Assembly: GCA_038087875.1 (NCBI GenBank)
Contig: CM075997.1
Span: 5,954,001-6,018,000 of the forward strand
Reading direction: 5' to 3'
DNA length: 64,000 nucleotides
From: Malacoraja senta
Taxonomy: Eukaryota
Position 1 is the stretch's first letter. Each line of letters starts with the position of its first letter. Positions 52,026 through 64,000 of this stretch are shown here, piece by piece. The translations under genes and the position numbers were made by a program. The notes below the pieces were generated by a model that saw only the letters and a list, made by a program, of their open reading frames with translations, was not told where the DNA came from and ran no database searches.

Positions 52026-54132
52026 TACCTAAAATTCAATGTTCATTCTGTTGGGTTGTAAGATACCAAAACAGAATATGAGGTGCTGTTCTTCCAGTTA
52101 GCTTGTGGCCTCACTCTGCAAAGGAGGAGGTCCAGGACACAAAGGTCAGTGTTGGAACGGGAAAGGGAATTAACAAGGTTAGCAACAAGGATATCCAGTA
52201 GGCCTTTGCGGGCCAAGCACAGGTGTTCTGCGAAAGGGTCGCCGTCTACACTTGGTATGCTTCCTTTTTCTTGAAAAAGACTCAAAGTGCTGGAATAACT
52301 CAGCTGATCAGGTAGTATCTCTGGAGAACATGGATTGGTGATGTTTCAAGTCATGTCCCTTCTTTAGACTGATTGTATTGAGTGGAAGAAAGCTAGGATG
52401 GGCAGGGCAAAATGTGGCAGGTAATATGTGATCACATGCGAGTGGTGGAGGGGGTTGATAGGCAGATGGTTGGACAAGGGATAGGGATTAAAACGTGATG
52501 TGAGACAAATGGTTTGAAGAGTTGCAAATTGTGAAGCCAGAGGAAGGAAGGTAGATGGGGGGGAAGGGAAAAAATAGGTGTGTCTAGAATCAGGCACAGG
52601 GGAGCGGGGAAGGGGAGGTGTGGGGGAGAAAGTGATGGGGAGGGGGGATTTGTTAGAGGTTATCTAAAATTGGAGAATTCAGTGTTCGTACCATTGGGTT
52701 GTAAACTACCCAGGTGGAGTATGAGGTGCTGTTATTCCATTTTGCATGTGATCTCACTCTGCCAGAGGTCAGAAAAGTCAGTATGGAAATGTGAAAGGAA
52801 GTTTAAATGGTTAGCAACCAGGAGATCCATTAGACTTTGGCGAAACGAGCGCAAGTGTTCGGCGAAATGGTTGGCAAGACTACGGTAGGTACAGGAGACC
52901 ACATAGCGAAAACCGGATGGAGTTGATCTGTACGAACCTTGAATTCTCCAAATTTAAGTAGCACCCCTCCTAATCCCCACTTTCTTTTCTTTCCTCACTC
53001 CACCTCCTTCCCACACACCCATTTCTCCCACTATCCCACCCCAGTCACCCTGCTTCTTTCCATTCTTTGTACGTTCTTCTCCCATGCCGAAGTACCTGAT
53101 TTCCCTTTGATTCCCCCCTTCTTTCCCATCCGCCTTAGTCCCCTTTCCCCCTTCAGTCTATTTCCCTTCCTGGGGTGCTGCACGGCAGAAGCTTTCCCTT
53201 CCTCAAAATTCCTTTGCCTCACTGTCCGAAAGTTAGACTTATAAAGCTGATGTACTGGCTAAAACAAACTTAACTGGGTTACAATAATGGAACAATAGTT
53301 AACCAGTATTAACTAGGTATATTATGTTGTTCAAGTTAATAACAGGGTTTGTTTCAGATGCAAAAGAAAACAGTTCTGTTTCTGGTTTCAGTACAGGGGC
53401 TTAGCTGCAAACACAAACCAACCTCCCTTTCATTGACTCTATTTATAACTCATGCTGCCTCGCCAAGGCCAGCAGCATAATCACGGCCGAGTCGTACCCT
53501 GGCCACTCCCTCTTCTCCCCTCGCCCGTCAGGCAAAGGTATAGAAGTGTGAAAACGCACCCCTACAGATTCAGGGACAGTTTCTTCCCAGCTGTTATTCG
53601 GCATCTGAATCATCCTACCACAACCGGAAAGCAGTCCTGAAATCTACCTCATTGGTGAACCTCGGACTATCCTCGATCAGACTTTGCTGACTTTACCTTG
53701 CAATAATCGTTATTCCCTTGTCATGTATCTATACACTGTAAATGGCCCGATTGTAATCATGTGTTCTCTCCCCATGACCTCCGTGGGTTTTCTCCAAGAT
53801 CTTTGGATTCCTCCCACACTTCAAAGATGGACAGTATTGTAGTTTACTTGGCTTGGTGTAAATGTAAAATTGTTCTTAGTGTATGTAGGGTAGTGGTAAT
53901 GTGCAGGAATCGCTGATTGGTGTGGATTCGGTAGGCCGAAAGGCCTGTTTCCACACTGTATCTCTAAACTAAACAAACGCTTTTCACTGTACCTTGGTAC
54001 ATGTAACAATAAAGTGAACTAAACGAAACACATTTGCAAAATTATTTTCTTGTATGATGGAGAGTAGAGCTGTGTACCTATTGCAGTCTGTATCCTGGGT
54101 TTTGGGTTAATTTGATTGTTTTTGATTTCCAG

Positions 54133-54302
54133 ATGGCAACCTTGTTGAGCCTAAAATGTCAGCCAGTTTTGTCCCTGACCATAAGGCTCCCATGGTGCTG
54201 TTCCTGGACCGTGTGTATGGGATAGAGAGTCAAGATTTTCTCCTTCATGTTTTGGAGGTTGGCTTCTTACCTGACATGAGAGCTGCTGCCTCCTTGGACA
54301 CT
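54133..54302 (+). CDS. RYR1: RYR1-like exon, ~human exon 47
   Basis: tccag|...|gtgagt; 170 bp; (D)[56 protein letters not shown]. Confidence 0.96.
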
Positions 54303-55914
54303 GTGAGTAATGATTTTAAGTACAATATTTCAGAAAATATGCATACAAATTCAGTTGTTGTCAAATGTTTTGGCATTAAATTGTTTTCACTTTGCTGCAA
54401 GAGTGTATCAAGACAGATTCATTATAGCATCACGTTTAGCATAGATATCATGGGCGAAAGTGGCCTCTTCCTGTTCTCTACTGTTTTATGGTCTGTGTTG
54501 CAGGCTCTTCTGAACTGGTCTAGTGTGGAGTATCACTTTCATTCACTCACTGACTCAAGCACAATCACACTCAAACATAACTTATTGTTCCAATCTTTAT
54601 TTATTGAACCTGCAAGCTTGGTACAATGTTTTAGTGATTGACCAGTGGACATGTTCCATAAACTAATTCTTTCTTCACAGCTGTTAAATAAAGTCATAGA
54701 GTTACACAGCACAGAAACAGGCCCTTTGGCCAAAGTTGTCCATGTCGACGAGCGTATTTCCTGAGATAATTCCATTAGTTCGCATTTGGTCAATATTCTT
54801 TTAAACGTTCCCTATCTAAGACTCTGCAAAGCATGAGAACAGTAACGTCCAGGTTCAGGAACAGCTTCTTCCCTACAGCCATCAGGCTATTAAACACTAC
54901 AACCTCATAAGCTTTGAACTACAATAGACTATTATTATTATCACTGTTATTGTTTGTTCTTTTGTTTCTGAGTTTTTGTTATTATTTATTATGATTACAT
55001 ATTGTGTTGTGCTGCAGCAAGTAAGAATTTCATTGTTCTATCTGGGACATACGACAATAAAACACTCTTGACGTCTTTTAAATGTTGTAATTGTGTCTGC
55101 CTCTACCCCTTCGTTCTGGCAACTCGTTCCAAATACCCAGTACCCTCTGTGTGGAAAACCTTGCCCCTCAGGAGGCTCAATATGTTACTTACCCTTTTGA
55201 AAAAGTGATCAACGGAGTATAACCAAATGTTTATTTACATTGGAGGTTCATATACACTGAAAAGGCATTCAACACCTGAACACACATTTATGCACAACAA
55301 TCAATAAATTCATATATCTGAGTTTATCTTGAACCAACTTCATTTTATCTCCACTGGATTTTCCAGTTGATGTCCTGATTCACACCAATTATACATTGAT
55401 TGGTATTTTTGTGAAACTTATCTTTTCTGCTACTTATGAAGAAACTTGTGCACCCAGTACATTATTTGCACTCAATCTATCATAGACTTCACTTCTGTGC
55501 TGTCTGCACTATGAAGTATTTCAGATTCTCTAGTTCTAGCCCTGCTCCTCTCCACGACTGCCTTCTTACAGCGTTGATTGCTGTTAAATAAAGTCATAGA
55601 GTTACACAGCACAGAAACAGGCCCTTTGGCCAAAGTTGTCCATGCCGACTCATGGACCTCATGTCTGCTTACTTTCTATGGGCCTTTCCTTGGACCTCTA
55701 CCTTTTCCAGACATCTTCATCCCAAGCGCTTTCTTCCAACATTGGCAGTATTTAGATACAGGCTTTGTCAACGATTGCTGGTATGAATGCCCTATTATAC
55801 TGTGCCATAATGCACCTCATTTCCCTGAGTGTTTGCAACATTTCTCCAGAATATGTGCATAATACAACATTGCTTTTCATTGCCTCCCTGGTCAATGGTC
55901 AATTCGTCCCTTTC

Positions 55915-56555
55915 CACCCATACCACCCCCTCTCCAGGTACTTTCCCTTGCAACCGCAGGAAATGCTACAATTGTCACTTTACCTCGCCCCCTGACTCCA
56001 TTCAAGGACCCAAGCAGTCGTTCCAGGTGCGACAGAGGTTCACCTGCACCTCCTCCAACCTCATCTATTGCATCCGCTGCTCTAGATGTCAGCTGATCTA
56101 CATCTGTGAGACCAAGCGTAGGCTTGCCGAACACCTCCGCTCGGTTCGCAATAACTAACCTGATCTCCCGGTGGCTCAGCACTTCAACTCCCCCTCCCAT
56201 TCCGAATCCGACCTTTCTGTCCTGGACCTCCTCCACGGCCAGAGTGAGGACCACCGGAAATTGGAGGAGCAGCACCTCATATTCCGCTTGGGCAGTTTGT
56301 ACGCCAGCGGTAGGAACATTGACTTCTCTAATTTCAGGTAGTCCTTACTGTCTCCTCCCCTTCTCAGCTCTCCCTCAGCCCTCTGGCTCCTCCTCTTTCT
56401 TTCTTCTTCCCGCACCCTCACATCAGTCTGAAGAAGGGTTTCTGCCCGAAATGTTGCCGATTTCCTTCGCTCCATAGATGCTGCTGCACCAGCTGAGTTT
56501 CTCCAGCACTTTTGTCTACCTTCGATTTTCCAGCATCTGCAGTTCCTTCTTAAAC
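55915..56555 (+). mobile_element. Penelope-like 3' fragment (GIY-YIG endonuclease and pLTR)
   Basis: FPCNRRKCYNC...FTCTSSNLIYCIRCSRCQLIYICETKRRLAEHLRS. Confidence 0.9.
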
Positions 56556-57363
56556 ATTCATTATGGTGCTGGATTCTTTGAGCTTTTCATCAATTCCGTC
56601 AAATCAGTTCATGTTGATGACCTTTTGAAAGGTTAACACTGTATCTCTCTTCTAAAGTACTGTTTGACCTTTTATTGATAGCAATATTTAAACTTTTCAA
56701 ATTTCCAGGATGTTTAGTATTTTATTTTTATATTATTTCTTAGAACAGATTGGGCAAAAACTTCAGACAATTCACAGAGATGTCCATAACACTTCATGTA
56801 ACAATGGTCATTATTTGGATAGGCTGAAGTACCTGGCTATGCTTATTTTAGCGTGGAATAGATCAACAGGTGATCTTCTGGAGATATACCAAAAATGATG
56901 GGACTATATTGCACACGTGTCAAAGCATAAATTCATGTTAGGAGATTGGGGAAAAACCATGGATCACATACATTTAAACTCTGCTTGATGAGGTTTAGGT
57001 AAGAGTTTGGTAACTATTATTTTCTAGTACTTATTTAGATTAGTTTAGTTTTATTGTCACGTGAACCAAGGTACAAGGTACAAGGAATAGTCTGAAGAAG
57101 GGTCTCCATGCGAAACGTCACCCATTTCTTCTCTCCAGAGATGCTGCCTGTCCCACTGAGCTACTCCAGCTTTTCGTGTCTATCTTCAGTTTAAAGCCGT
57201 ATCTGCAGTTCAATCTTATGCAATGAAAAGCTTTTAGTTGCACACTATCCATAGGCCCTGTTTGCCCAATGTGCCCTAACATAGGGCCTGCTTCCACGTT
57301 GTATGTCTAAAGTCTTTCCTAGGGAGGGGTATGTGTGTGTACGTTTTAAAAATAGGGCTAGTC

Positions 57364-57975
57364 TGTTTCTGGATTGATTCAGAGATTCAGCAGCTTAGCC
57401 ATAAGTACATGCGTTGTGTTGTGTTCGATAAATCACTGGATTCAGAAATCAGTTTTGATTCACTCAGAAATTTCTTACACTACTAAATAAGGCACATACA
57501 CTCACGCATTCTCGAATATCCCCGATCACACTCGCAAACCCCAAGTACACAGCAGAGCACACTGCAGGGTGTTTATACATACATGCACGAAAAACCGTAC
57601 GCACTCGCAAACTCATCAGAGCACGCCACAGGATGATCACCTGGCACCGTTTGTGACACAGTCGAAGGCTGAGGTTCTCTCCCCGAAATGGCGCCCAACA
57701 CCATCCTTTATGGCATTTCGTATCAGAGCACACTGCGCCACTGCCCCCTCTCCCAGCCAACCATAAGCCCCCCATGTCTGCAACGTTTCTGCGCTATTAG
57801 CGGCAGTGTCAAACTAACTATCTATGCCATAATGGCGTGAGTTATGTGTTCTATCAGACACCTAGTCTTGGATGTCTCTGTGAAATGGCCTTGCAAGCAT
57901 TCTCATGATTTACTGACCCCTTTTAATCAGCCCAAGCATGCAGAGTGGTGTTTTGAACACAATTTCATCTCACAT
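57364..57975 (-). mobile_element. Probable 3' LTR of the class I ERV (boundaries approximate)
   Basis: Follows env; TATA-like CATAAA before CGGGGAGAGA; ends ...CCAGAAACA; second LTR not in the window for confirmation. Confidence 0.45.
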
Positions 57976-58018
57976 TAACCCCATACACCCCAAATCTCAT
58001 TACATTCGGCCCACAGGC

Positions 58019-59170
58019 TCAATACCACCCCTCCACCGTCTTGGCACTCCTCTCGTTGTAGGGAAGCACACAATTGCAGAATATTATGCCAACTACAACT
58101 AAAACAAGCCCAGTCACCAGCCATTGCATAATTATATGCCGCCAAACTCCGAACCCCCAAGACCACCAATTCCACCATACGCTCTCCGAAGCCTCCTCGT
58201 GCAACTGTTTACCAAGGCCTCAACCTGTTGTCGTATGTGGGCCATCAGGTTTGTAATGTTTTCATTGTCATCCGGTATGTAAGTGCAGCATTCTCTCCCT
58301 ATGATGGCAGAAGTCCCCCCTTTCTCGGCTAGTAGTCCAGGGCCATACGATTCTGCAAGGTGACAGTTCGTATTGCCACCATTTCTGTAATTCCGGTTCC
58401 TAAACTTACCCCTCTTAGTCTGGTTCAGTCAAATACCGAATACGAGACCTGGAAATCCAACTCTCTTTTATTACACAATACCAATACCAATACAATACCT
58501 AATCCAATACTGCGGGTCCGATCCTTGTCTTTACTTACTCGAGCCCAACAGCCTTGCGCAAATGGAACAAACCCCAGAAGATCGGCACACCCCAAGGTGC
58601 TCTCCCCACTTTTATACCTTTACAGACCCTTGGCCAAAAATACATGGGGGGGGGGGGGGGGGCAACCCCTACAAGCCAATTATCGATAAGGGTTACAAAA
58701 TACATTGATTGACAGTTCCCTAACCCAATCATAAAATATCACATAACATAGTTTCAACATAAAGCAGTTATGGGAAAAAATTCTGTTAGGTAAACAAACA
58801 TTCTCCCAAGTAAACTAAACATCTTGGTTAAGGCGCCTCTCCTGAACCAATCATAATTAGCAGCGGGAAGACTCTGCAACATTATTGTAACCCATCATTT
58901 CCCCAACCAATCCCAAGAATGTATTTGCAACAGGACCTAGCTCCTTCTGCAAAATCTCATACATATTAACAATGAAAGGCCATCTGGACATCAACCTCTA
59001 TTCAACCCCTTCCCAGGCCACAGACCCTCTGGATCCACAATCCTCCATTTTATCAAGCACCCAAAATGCCTGATATTATCATTCCCCTCTTTTATGAAAA
59101 ATGATAACCAACAAAGTAAGATGACAACGGTTCCTGTTATACAATTTAACAATGATGGCGATGTCATTAT
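58019..59170 (-). pseudogene. Class I ERV env remnant (deleted SU, gamma-type TM)
   Basis: ISD LQNRMALDY (58332-58358), then AEKGGTSAIIGRECCTYIPD (CX6CC with first C->S), Trp-rich MPER and TM LVTGLVLVVVGIIFC. Confidence 0.85.
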
Positions 59171-59384
59171 CAGAATTCTAAGTAACTTCCCGAGTTTTCA
59201 TGGGCATAGTTTCATGATTTCTGACTAACCAGTCTCCATCTCCTGAGTTTGCATGGGCACGAATCCTCTTTGTCCATCACGTCAGCTTAATGTACTCTTG
59301 ACTCTCGATGGGTACGATGTTCCTATACCTAAGAAATTCCTTGAAGAAAACAAGTAAGCAGCTCAAACTCTTCCACCAATACTC

Positions 59385-61060
59385 TTGCAATGGTGAAGAT
59401 GGACCCACGCATTCCTTCCTTCCTTCTAATTTAACAGCAGTTGGGGTTGTCCGGAGAACCTGGTAAGGTCCCTTCTATCGAGCCTCCAAACATTTAATTA
59501 CCCAATTCTTCACCATCACAAAATCACCTTAATGGAAGAAACCAAAGGAGGTAATTCACTATAACATATGCTGCTCACACCCTAGAATGCAAATCCCTTA
59601 GTGCCCGAGTCAAGGTCAGAATGTAATTGGTCATCTCCGTAGTCATGTGATGGAAATTGACAACCTTTGTGGCATTTTGGTTCCACGGGGTTCTTAAGGG
59701 ACGTCCATAAACAATTTCAGCTGGGCTTAGTCTTGATTTCCCTGCAGGAGTGACACGCATCTGAAACAAAGCTATAGGGAGTAATTTGATCCAAGTAATT
59801 CCTGTCTCCGCCTTTAATTTAGCTGATGAGTTTTCATGGTCTGATTTGCCCTTTCGACAAGTCCAGCCGCCTGTGGTCGATAAGCACAGTGCAGTTGTTG
59901 CTGGATGCTCAACTGTTCACTGAATTCTTTGTTAATTTGCCCAATGAAATGAGGACCATTGTCAGAGCTAAGCCGAATTGGAATATTGAATCTAGGGATA
60001 ATTTCTTGCGAAGCACCTTGACAACAGTAGCCGCTTTGTTATCAAGTGTTGAGTAGGCCTCAATCCATCTGCTGAATACATTGACAATCGCAAGTACATA
60101 CGTATATCCTTGGCACTTCTCTAGCTCGATGTAATTCATTTGAAGAGTTTCAAAGGGACCCATGGGCAAAGATGTTCTTCCATCCTCACAACCCACTCCT
60201 TTCTCAGGATTATATTTCTGACAGATAATACAACAGCTACTCACTTTCTGGGCCAAAGTTTGTCATCTTGGATGCCACCAAGTAGCCGAAAGAGCATCAC
60301 CAATAGCTCTGGCACCACAGTGAGTCGCAAAATGCATACACTCCACAACCCAAACTGCAAGAGGATCTGTCATACAAGTCTGCCCTGCAGGAGTAACCCA
60401 CAATCCCAACATGCAATCTATTGTACATCCAAGCTGTTTCCGTAATCTTATATCCCCTTCAGGAGCATCTTCCTGCAACTGAATAATTTCCTGGATGGTT
60501 GGCATTGGCTTTTCCGAGGGAGACTTGTTACATGAACTTTTTGTCTGCCTCATCATTCTTGGCACCACCACCTTATGTTCCCGGGATACCTCCTTTGCTG
60601 CTTGGTCAGCACAACGATTACCTATGTCTATCGGGGTCTGGCCCTTTATGTGAACGCTACATTTCATTACCGAAATTTGCCGAGGTAGCAGCAGAGCCTG
60701 TAATAAATCAATCAGCTTATGAGTTATTTGATTTCCTGCTGAGGTTAGGAATCCTCTATTCCTCCACAGCTGCCCAAAGTCATGTACCACCCCAAATGCA
60801 TATCTAGAATCTGTATATATGTTTATTTTCAGATCTCTTCCAACAATACATGCTCTGATTAAAGCGAACAGCTTAGCCTGTTGAGCTGAAAAGGATGACT
60901 CAAACGCAGCTACTTCTACACTGTTCCCATCCTGGTATACAATAGCGTACCCAGAAAGTCTCTGTCCCTAGGGCCCAATGGATGCACTTACATCTACGTA
61001 TAGTGTCATATCAGGGTCTGCTATAGGAGCATCCTTTAGATCTTCCCTTACAGGTGAAAG
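59385..61060 (-). pseudogene. Class I (epsilon-like) endogenous retrovirus pol remnant: RNase H and integrase
   Basis: YTDSRYAFGVVHDFGQLWRNRGFLTSAG; H..THCG...C..C; VFSRWIEAY, SDNGPHF, GLVERAN, GPYQVL motifs. Confidence 0.9.
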
Positions 61061-61365
61061 AGACAACAGACAATAGGTGCAGGAGTAGGCCATTTGGCCC
61101 TTCGAGCCAGCACCGCCATTTAATGTGATCATGGCTGATCATCCCCAATCAGTACCCTGTTCCTGCCTTCTCCCCATATCCCCTGACTCCGCTATCTTTA
61201 AGAGCCCTATCTAGCTCTCTCTTGGAAGTATCCAGAGAACCGGCCTCCACCGCCCTCTGAGGCAGAGAATTCCACAGACTCACAACTCTCTGTGTGAAAA
61301 AGTGTTTCCTTATCTCCGTTCTAAATGGCTTAACCCTTATTCTTAAACTGTGGCCCCTGGTTCTG
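61061..61365 (-). mobile_element. CR1 3' end inserted in ERV pol
   Basis: AGACAATAGGTGCAGGAGTAGGCC tail and ORF2 C-terminus (RTRGHSLRI...WNSLP). Confidence 0.88.
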
Positions 61366-61385
61366 AAGAAAATGAGGAAAGATGC

Positions 61386-64000
61386 CGGTTTCAGTCTGAA
61401 GAAGGGTTTCGGCCCGAAACGTTGCCTATCTCCTTCGCTCCATAGATGCTGCTGCACCCGCTGAGGTTCTCCAGCATTTTTGTGTACCTTCGATTTTCCA
61501 GCATCTGCAGTTCCTTCTTAAACACTTTGTCTACTCCACTGCGAACTCTCCTCAAGGTATGCCTACTTTGAAGAAGTTCTCCTCCTCCCTCCGGAGACAG
61601 TTTCACAACCTCCTCTCTGCTCCCCCTCTGATTCCCCCTTCCCTCCAACTCTACGACCACATCCTTACCCAGACTCGATACCACAGCCACATTTGCTTCC
61701 TCGGGGCATGCCTGCGCCTCCATCTCACACCCTATGGCTTCCAGCTCCAGTTCCCTACCTCCCAGTTCGGACCCAAGCCAGACTATCGGTACCGACTGGC
61801 TATCTACTGGCATACTCAACAATTTTCCAACCGGGCACTGAGATCCACCCTGGCCGCGATGCGCCGGCACCAACAGGACCTCGCATTGACTCTCCCGAAA
61901 CTTCGGGCCTCACTCACCCAGACCTGCAACGGACCCCAACTCTATTTCATCCGCCGGAAGATCCACCTCTTCAATCAACGATTCCTGGTCCACCTTAACT
62001 CCACCAAGTACCTGAAATTAGCCCGCCCAACGCCGACACTCCGCGACTCGGCCGCCCGCAGGCTCCCGGCCCCAACTCTGGCCCACGCTGCTTGCCCGAG
62101 TCCCGCGACGCCATCTTGGCCACGAGGAGCAGCTCTAGTACTTACCAAGACGCCGCCTTCGCCGACCTCCACGCCGATGTTGCCGCCGACCTTCACCGGC
62201 CTACCGATGACGCCCAGCCTCGCCGCTTCTATGGTAACTCGGACTTTCTCCCCCTCGCCGATTCCTCCGACTACCGCCACCATAACGCGACCGCCGAACC
62301 TCGCCGCCCCCCGGGACCGACTTACCTCATCGCCGCACCGGGCCCATCCAACATTCCCGCTGCACTGGGCCCACCGAATATCACAGCCGCACCGGGCCCA
62401 CCCAACATTGCCATCGCACCGGGCCCATCCAGCCTACTGAACATCGCCGTCGCACCGGGCATATTGAACTTCGCCGCCGGACCGGACCTACTGCACATCG
62501 CTGCCGGACCGGGGCTCCCCGAACATGGCTGCCGCACCTCACCCCACTCACCTCGTCACCTCACCGGGCTGGCCGAACCGCGCCGCCCCACCGACCATCC
62601 GCCCACCGGGACCTCCCACGCATCGCCCGCCGACCCGGACTCTACTGCCTGCGGACTCCTACCATCGGGTTCGCCGACCCTCTCCACTCCACCGCCTTCC
62701 AGCAGCCCGCAGCCGTCGCCCTACCTGCAAACTGGTCTCTGCAGTGGGCCTGAAGCCTCCACGTTGCTGATTCCCACACCTCTGGGTTTGACTTCACTGG
62801 GTCCTAGTGCTAGTCAGCCCAATCCCGGTAATCTCAGTGGCTGTTCCACTGGGTCTTCCCCATCCCCCCCAAACTATTTGACCCCTGGTCTTCCCTACCC
62901 ACACTGCAGCCCTCATACCCCCCCACCCCCTGACCACCCACTACCCCCCCACCACATATCGCCTCGTCCCCAGTCCACTCACCTGCCTTCCTCCGGCCCC
63001 AACCCCCATCCCTGCCCGGTGTTCACCATCCCCCCCGACCTCCCCCTCTCCGACACCGAACGGTCGGTCCTCAGCAGAGGTCTTACCTTTGTCCCCCTCC
63101 ATCCCCACCTCAATGAGTTCCGCGCCCACCACGACATGGAGCTCTTCTACCGTCGCCTCCGCCTCACAGCGTTCTTCCACGGGAAGGAGTCCTCGCCCCC
63201 ATTGATGATCCCTTTCCCCGTCTCCAACGTACCCCCTCCTCGTGGACCCCCCCTCGTGGCCTTCCGGCTTTAGAACTTTTTATCCAAAACTGCCGTCGTG
63301 ACATCAACCGCCTCAACTTCTCCACTCCCCTGTCTCACTCCAATCTCTCCCCCCCTGAACGTACTGCCATCGAGTCACTCCGCAACAACCCAGACTGGGT
63401 TATCAAACCCACCGACAAGGGAGGTGCCGTGGTAGTCTGGCGCGTCGATCTCCACAAAGCTGAGGCCACGCGCCAACTCTCGGACACCTCCTCCTACTTA
63501 CCCCTGGACCATGACCCCACTGACGAGCACCAGGCCACCATCTCCAGCACCATCACCGACTTCATCAACTCCGATGCCCTGCCCCCCCGAGCCTCCAACC
63601 TCATCGTTCCCCAGCCCAGCATGGCCCGATTTTACCTTCTCCCCAAAATCCATAAACCTGACTGTCCTGGAAGGCCCATTGTCTCTGCCTGTTCGTGCCC
63701 CACCGAACTCATTTCCACCTACCTTGACTCCATCCTATCCCCCTTGGTTAAATCCCTCCCTACCTATCTTCAAGACACCTCAGATACTCTCCGTCGTCTC
63801 GGCGCATTCCATTCTCTAGGCCCTCACCCCCTCATCTTCACCATGGACGTCCAGTCACTCTACACCTCCATCCCCCACCAGGGCGGTCTCAAAGCCCTCC
63901 GGTTCTTCCTCGACCGGAGGAGCAACCTATACCCGTCTACCGATACTCTCCTCTGCCTAGCGGAGTTGGTCCTTACCCTCAATAACTTCTCGTTTGACAT
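61386..64000 (+). mobile_element. Penelope-like retroelement (Neptune-type), runs off the window
   Basis: 5' pLTR-type repeat, long frameshifted ORF with LSRGLTFVP, IKPTDKGGAVVVW, FYLLPKIHKP..PGRPIVS, MDVQSLYTSIPH. Confidence 0.93.
61393..61426 (+). ncRNA. Hammerhead-ribozyme-like motif in Penelope pLTR
   Basis: CTGAAGA-A-GGGT-TTCG-GCCC-GAAAC-GTT; same motif near 56428, 57091, 33159 and in several - strand copies; stems I/III minimal. Confidence 0.5.

Noticed and set aside
57689..57699. TGGCGCCCAAC resembling a tRNA-Lys primer binding site
   Set aside because: Only 11 nt, on the strand opposite the ERV and inside the presumed LTR
59079..59093. Polypurine tract followed by TG (AAAAGAGGGGAA|TG on -) as an LTR start
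   Set aside because: Env TM motifs lie downstream of it (58360-58019), so it is inside env

Overview
Repeat-dense vertebrate genomic DNA; the repeat families (CR1 with (CATAGAAA)n tails, V-SINEs, Penelope-derived palindromes) suggest a cartilaginous fish, probably a skate or ray (inference). The + strand carries six coding exons of a ryanodine receptor most like RYR1 (equivalent to human exons ~42-47, 34899-54302). The long intron upstream of them (>34.9 kb) holds two less obvious things on the - strand. (1) A complete, intact three-exon MSANTD1-like gene (Myb/SANT, Harbinger-derived family; CDS 14357->6835, 260 aa) with an RFX X-box and an AAGCTT array upstream. (2) A decayed endogenous foamy virus (pol, env, accessory region; ~29850->20000) cut into pieces by later DIRS, Penelope/L1 and CR1 insertions. 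Also present: a class I (epsilon-like) ERV with pol, env and LTR, a DIRS element with intact ITR/ICR, an IR/DR Tc1 transposon, Harbinger-like and Mutator-like MITEs, a long Penelope element with hammerhead-like motifs, and several templated-insertion scars. Protein comparisons are by eye against remembered reference sequences; no database searches were run.
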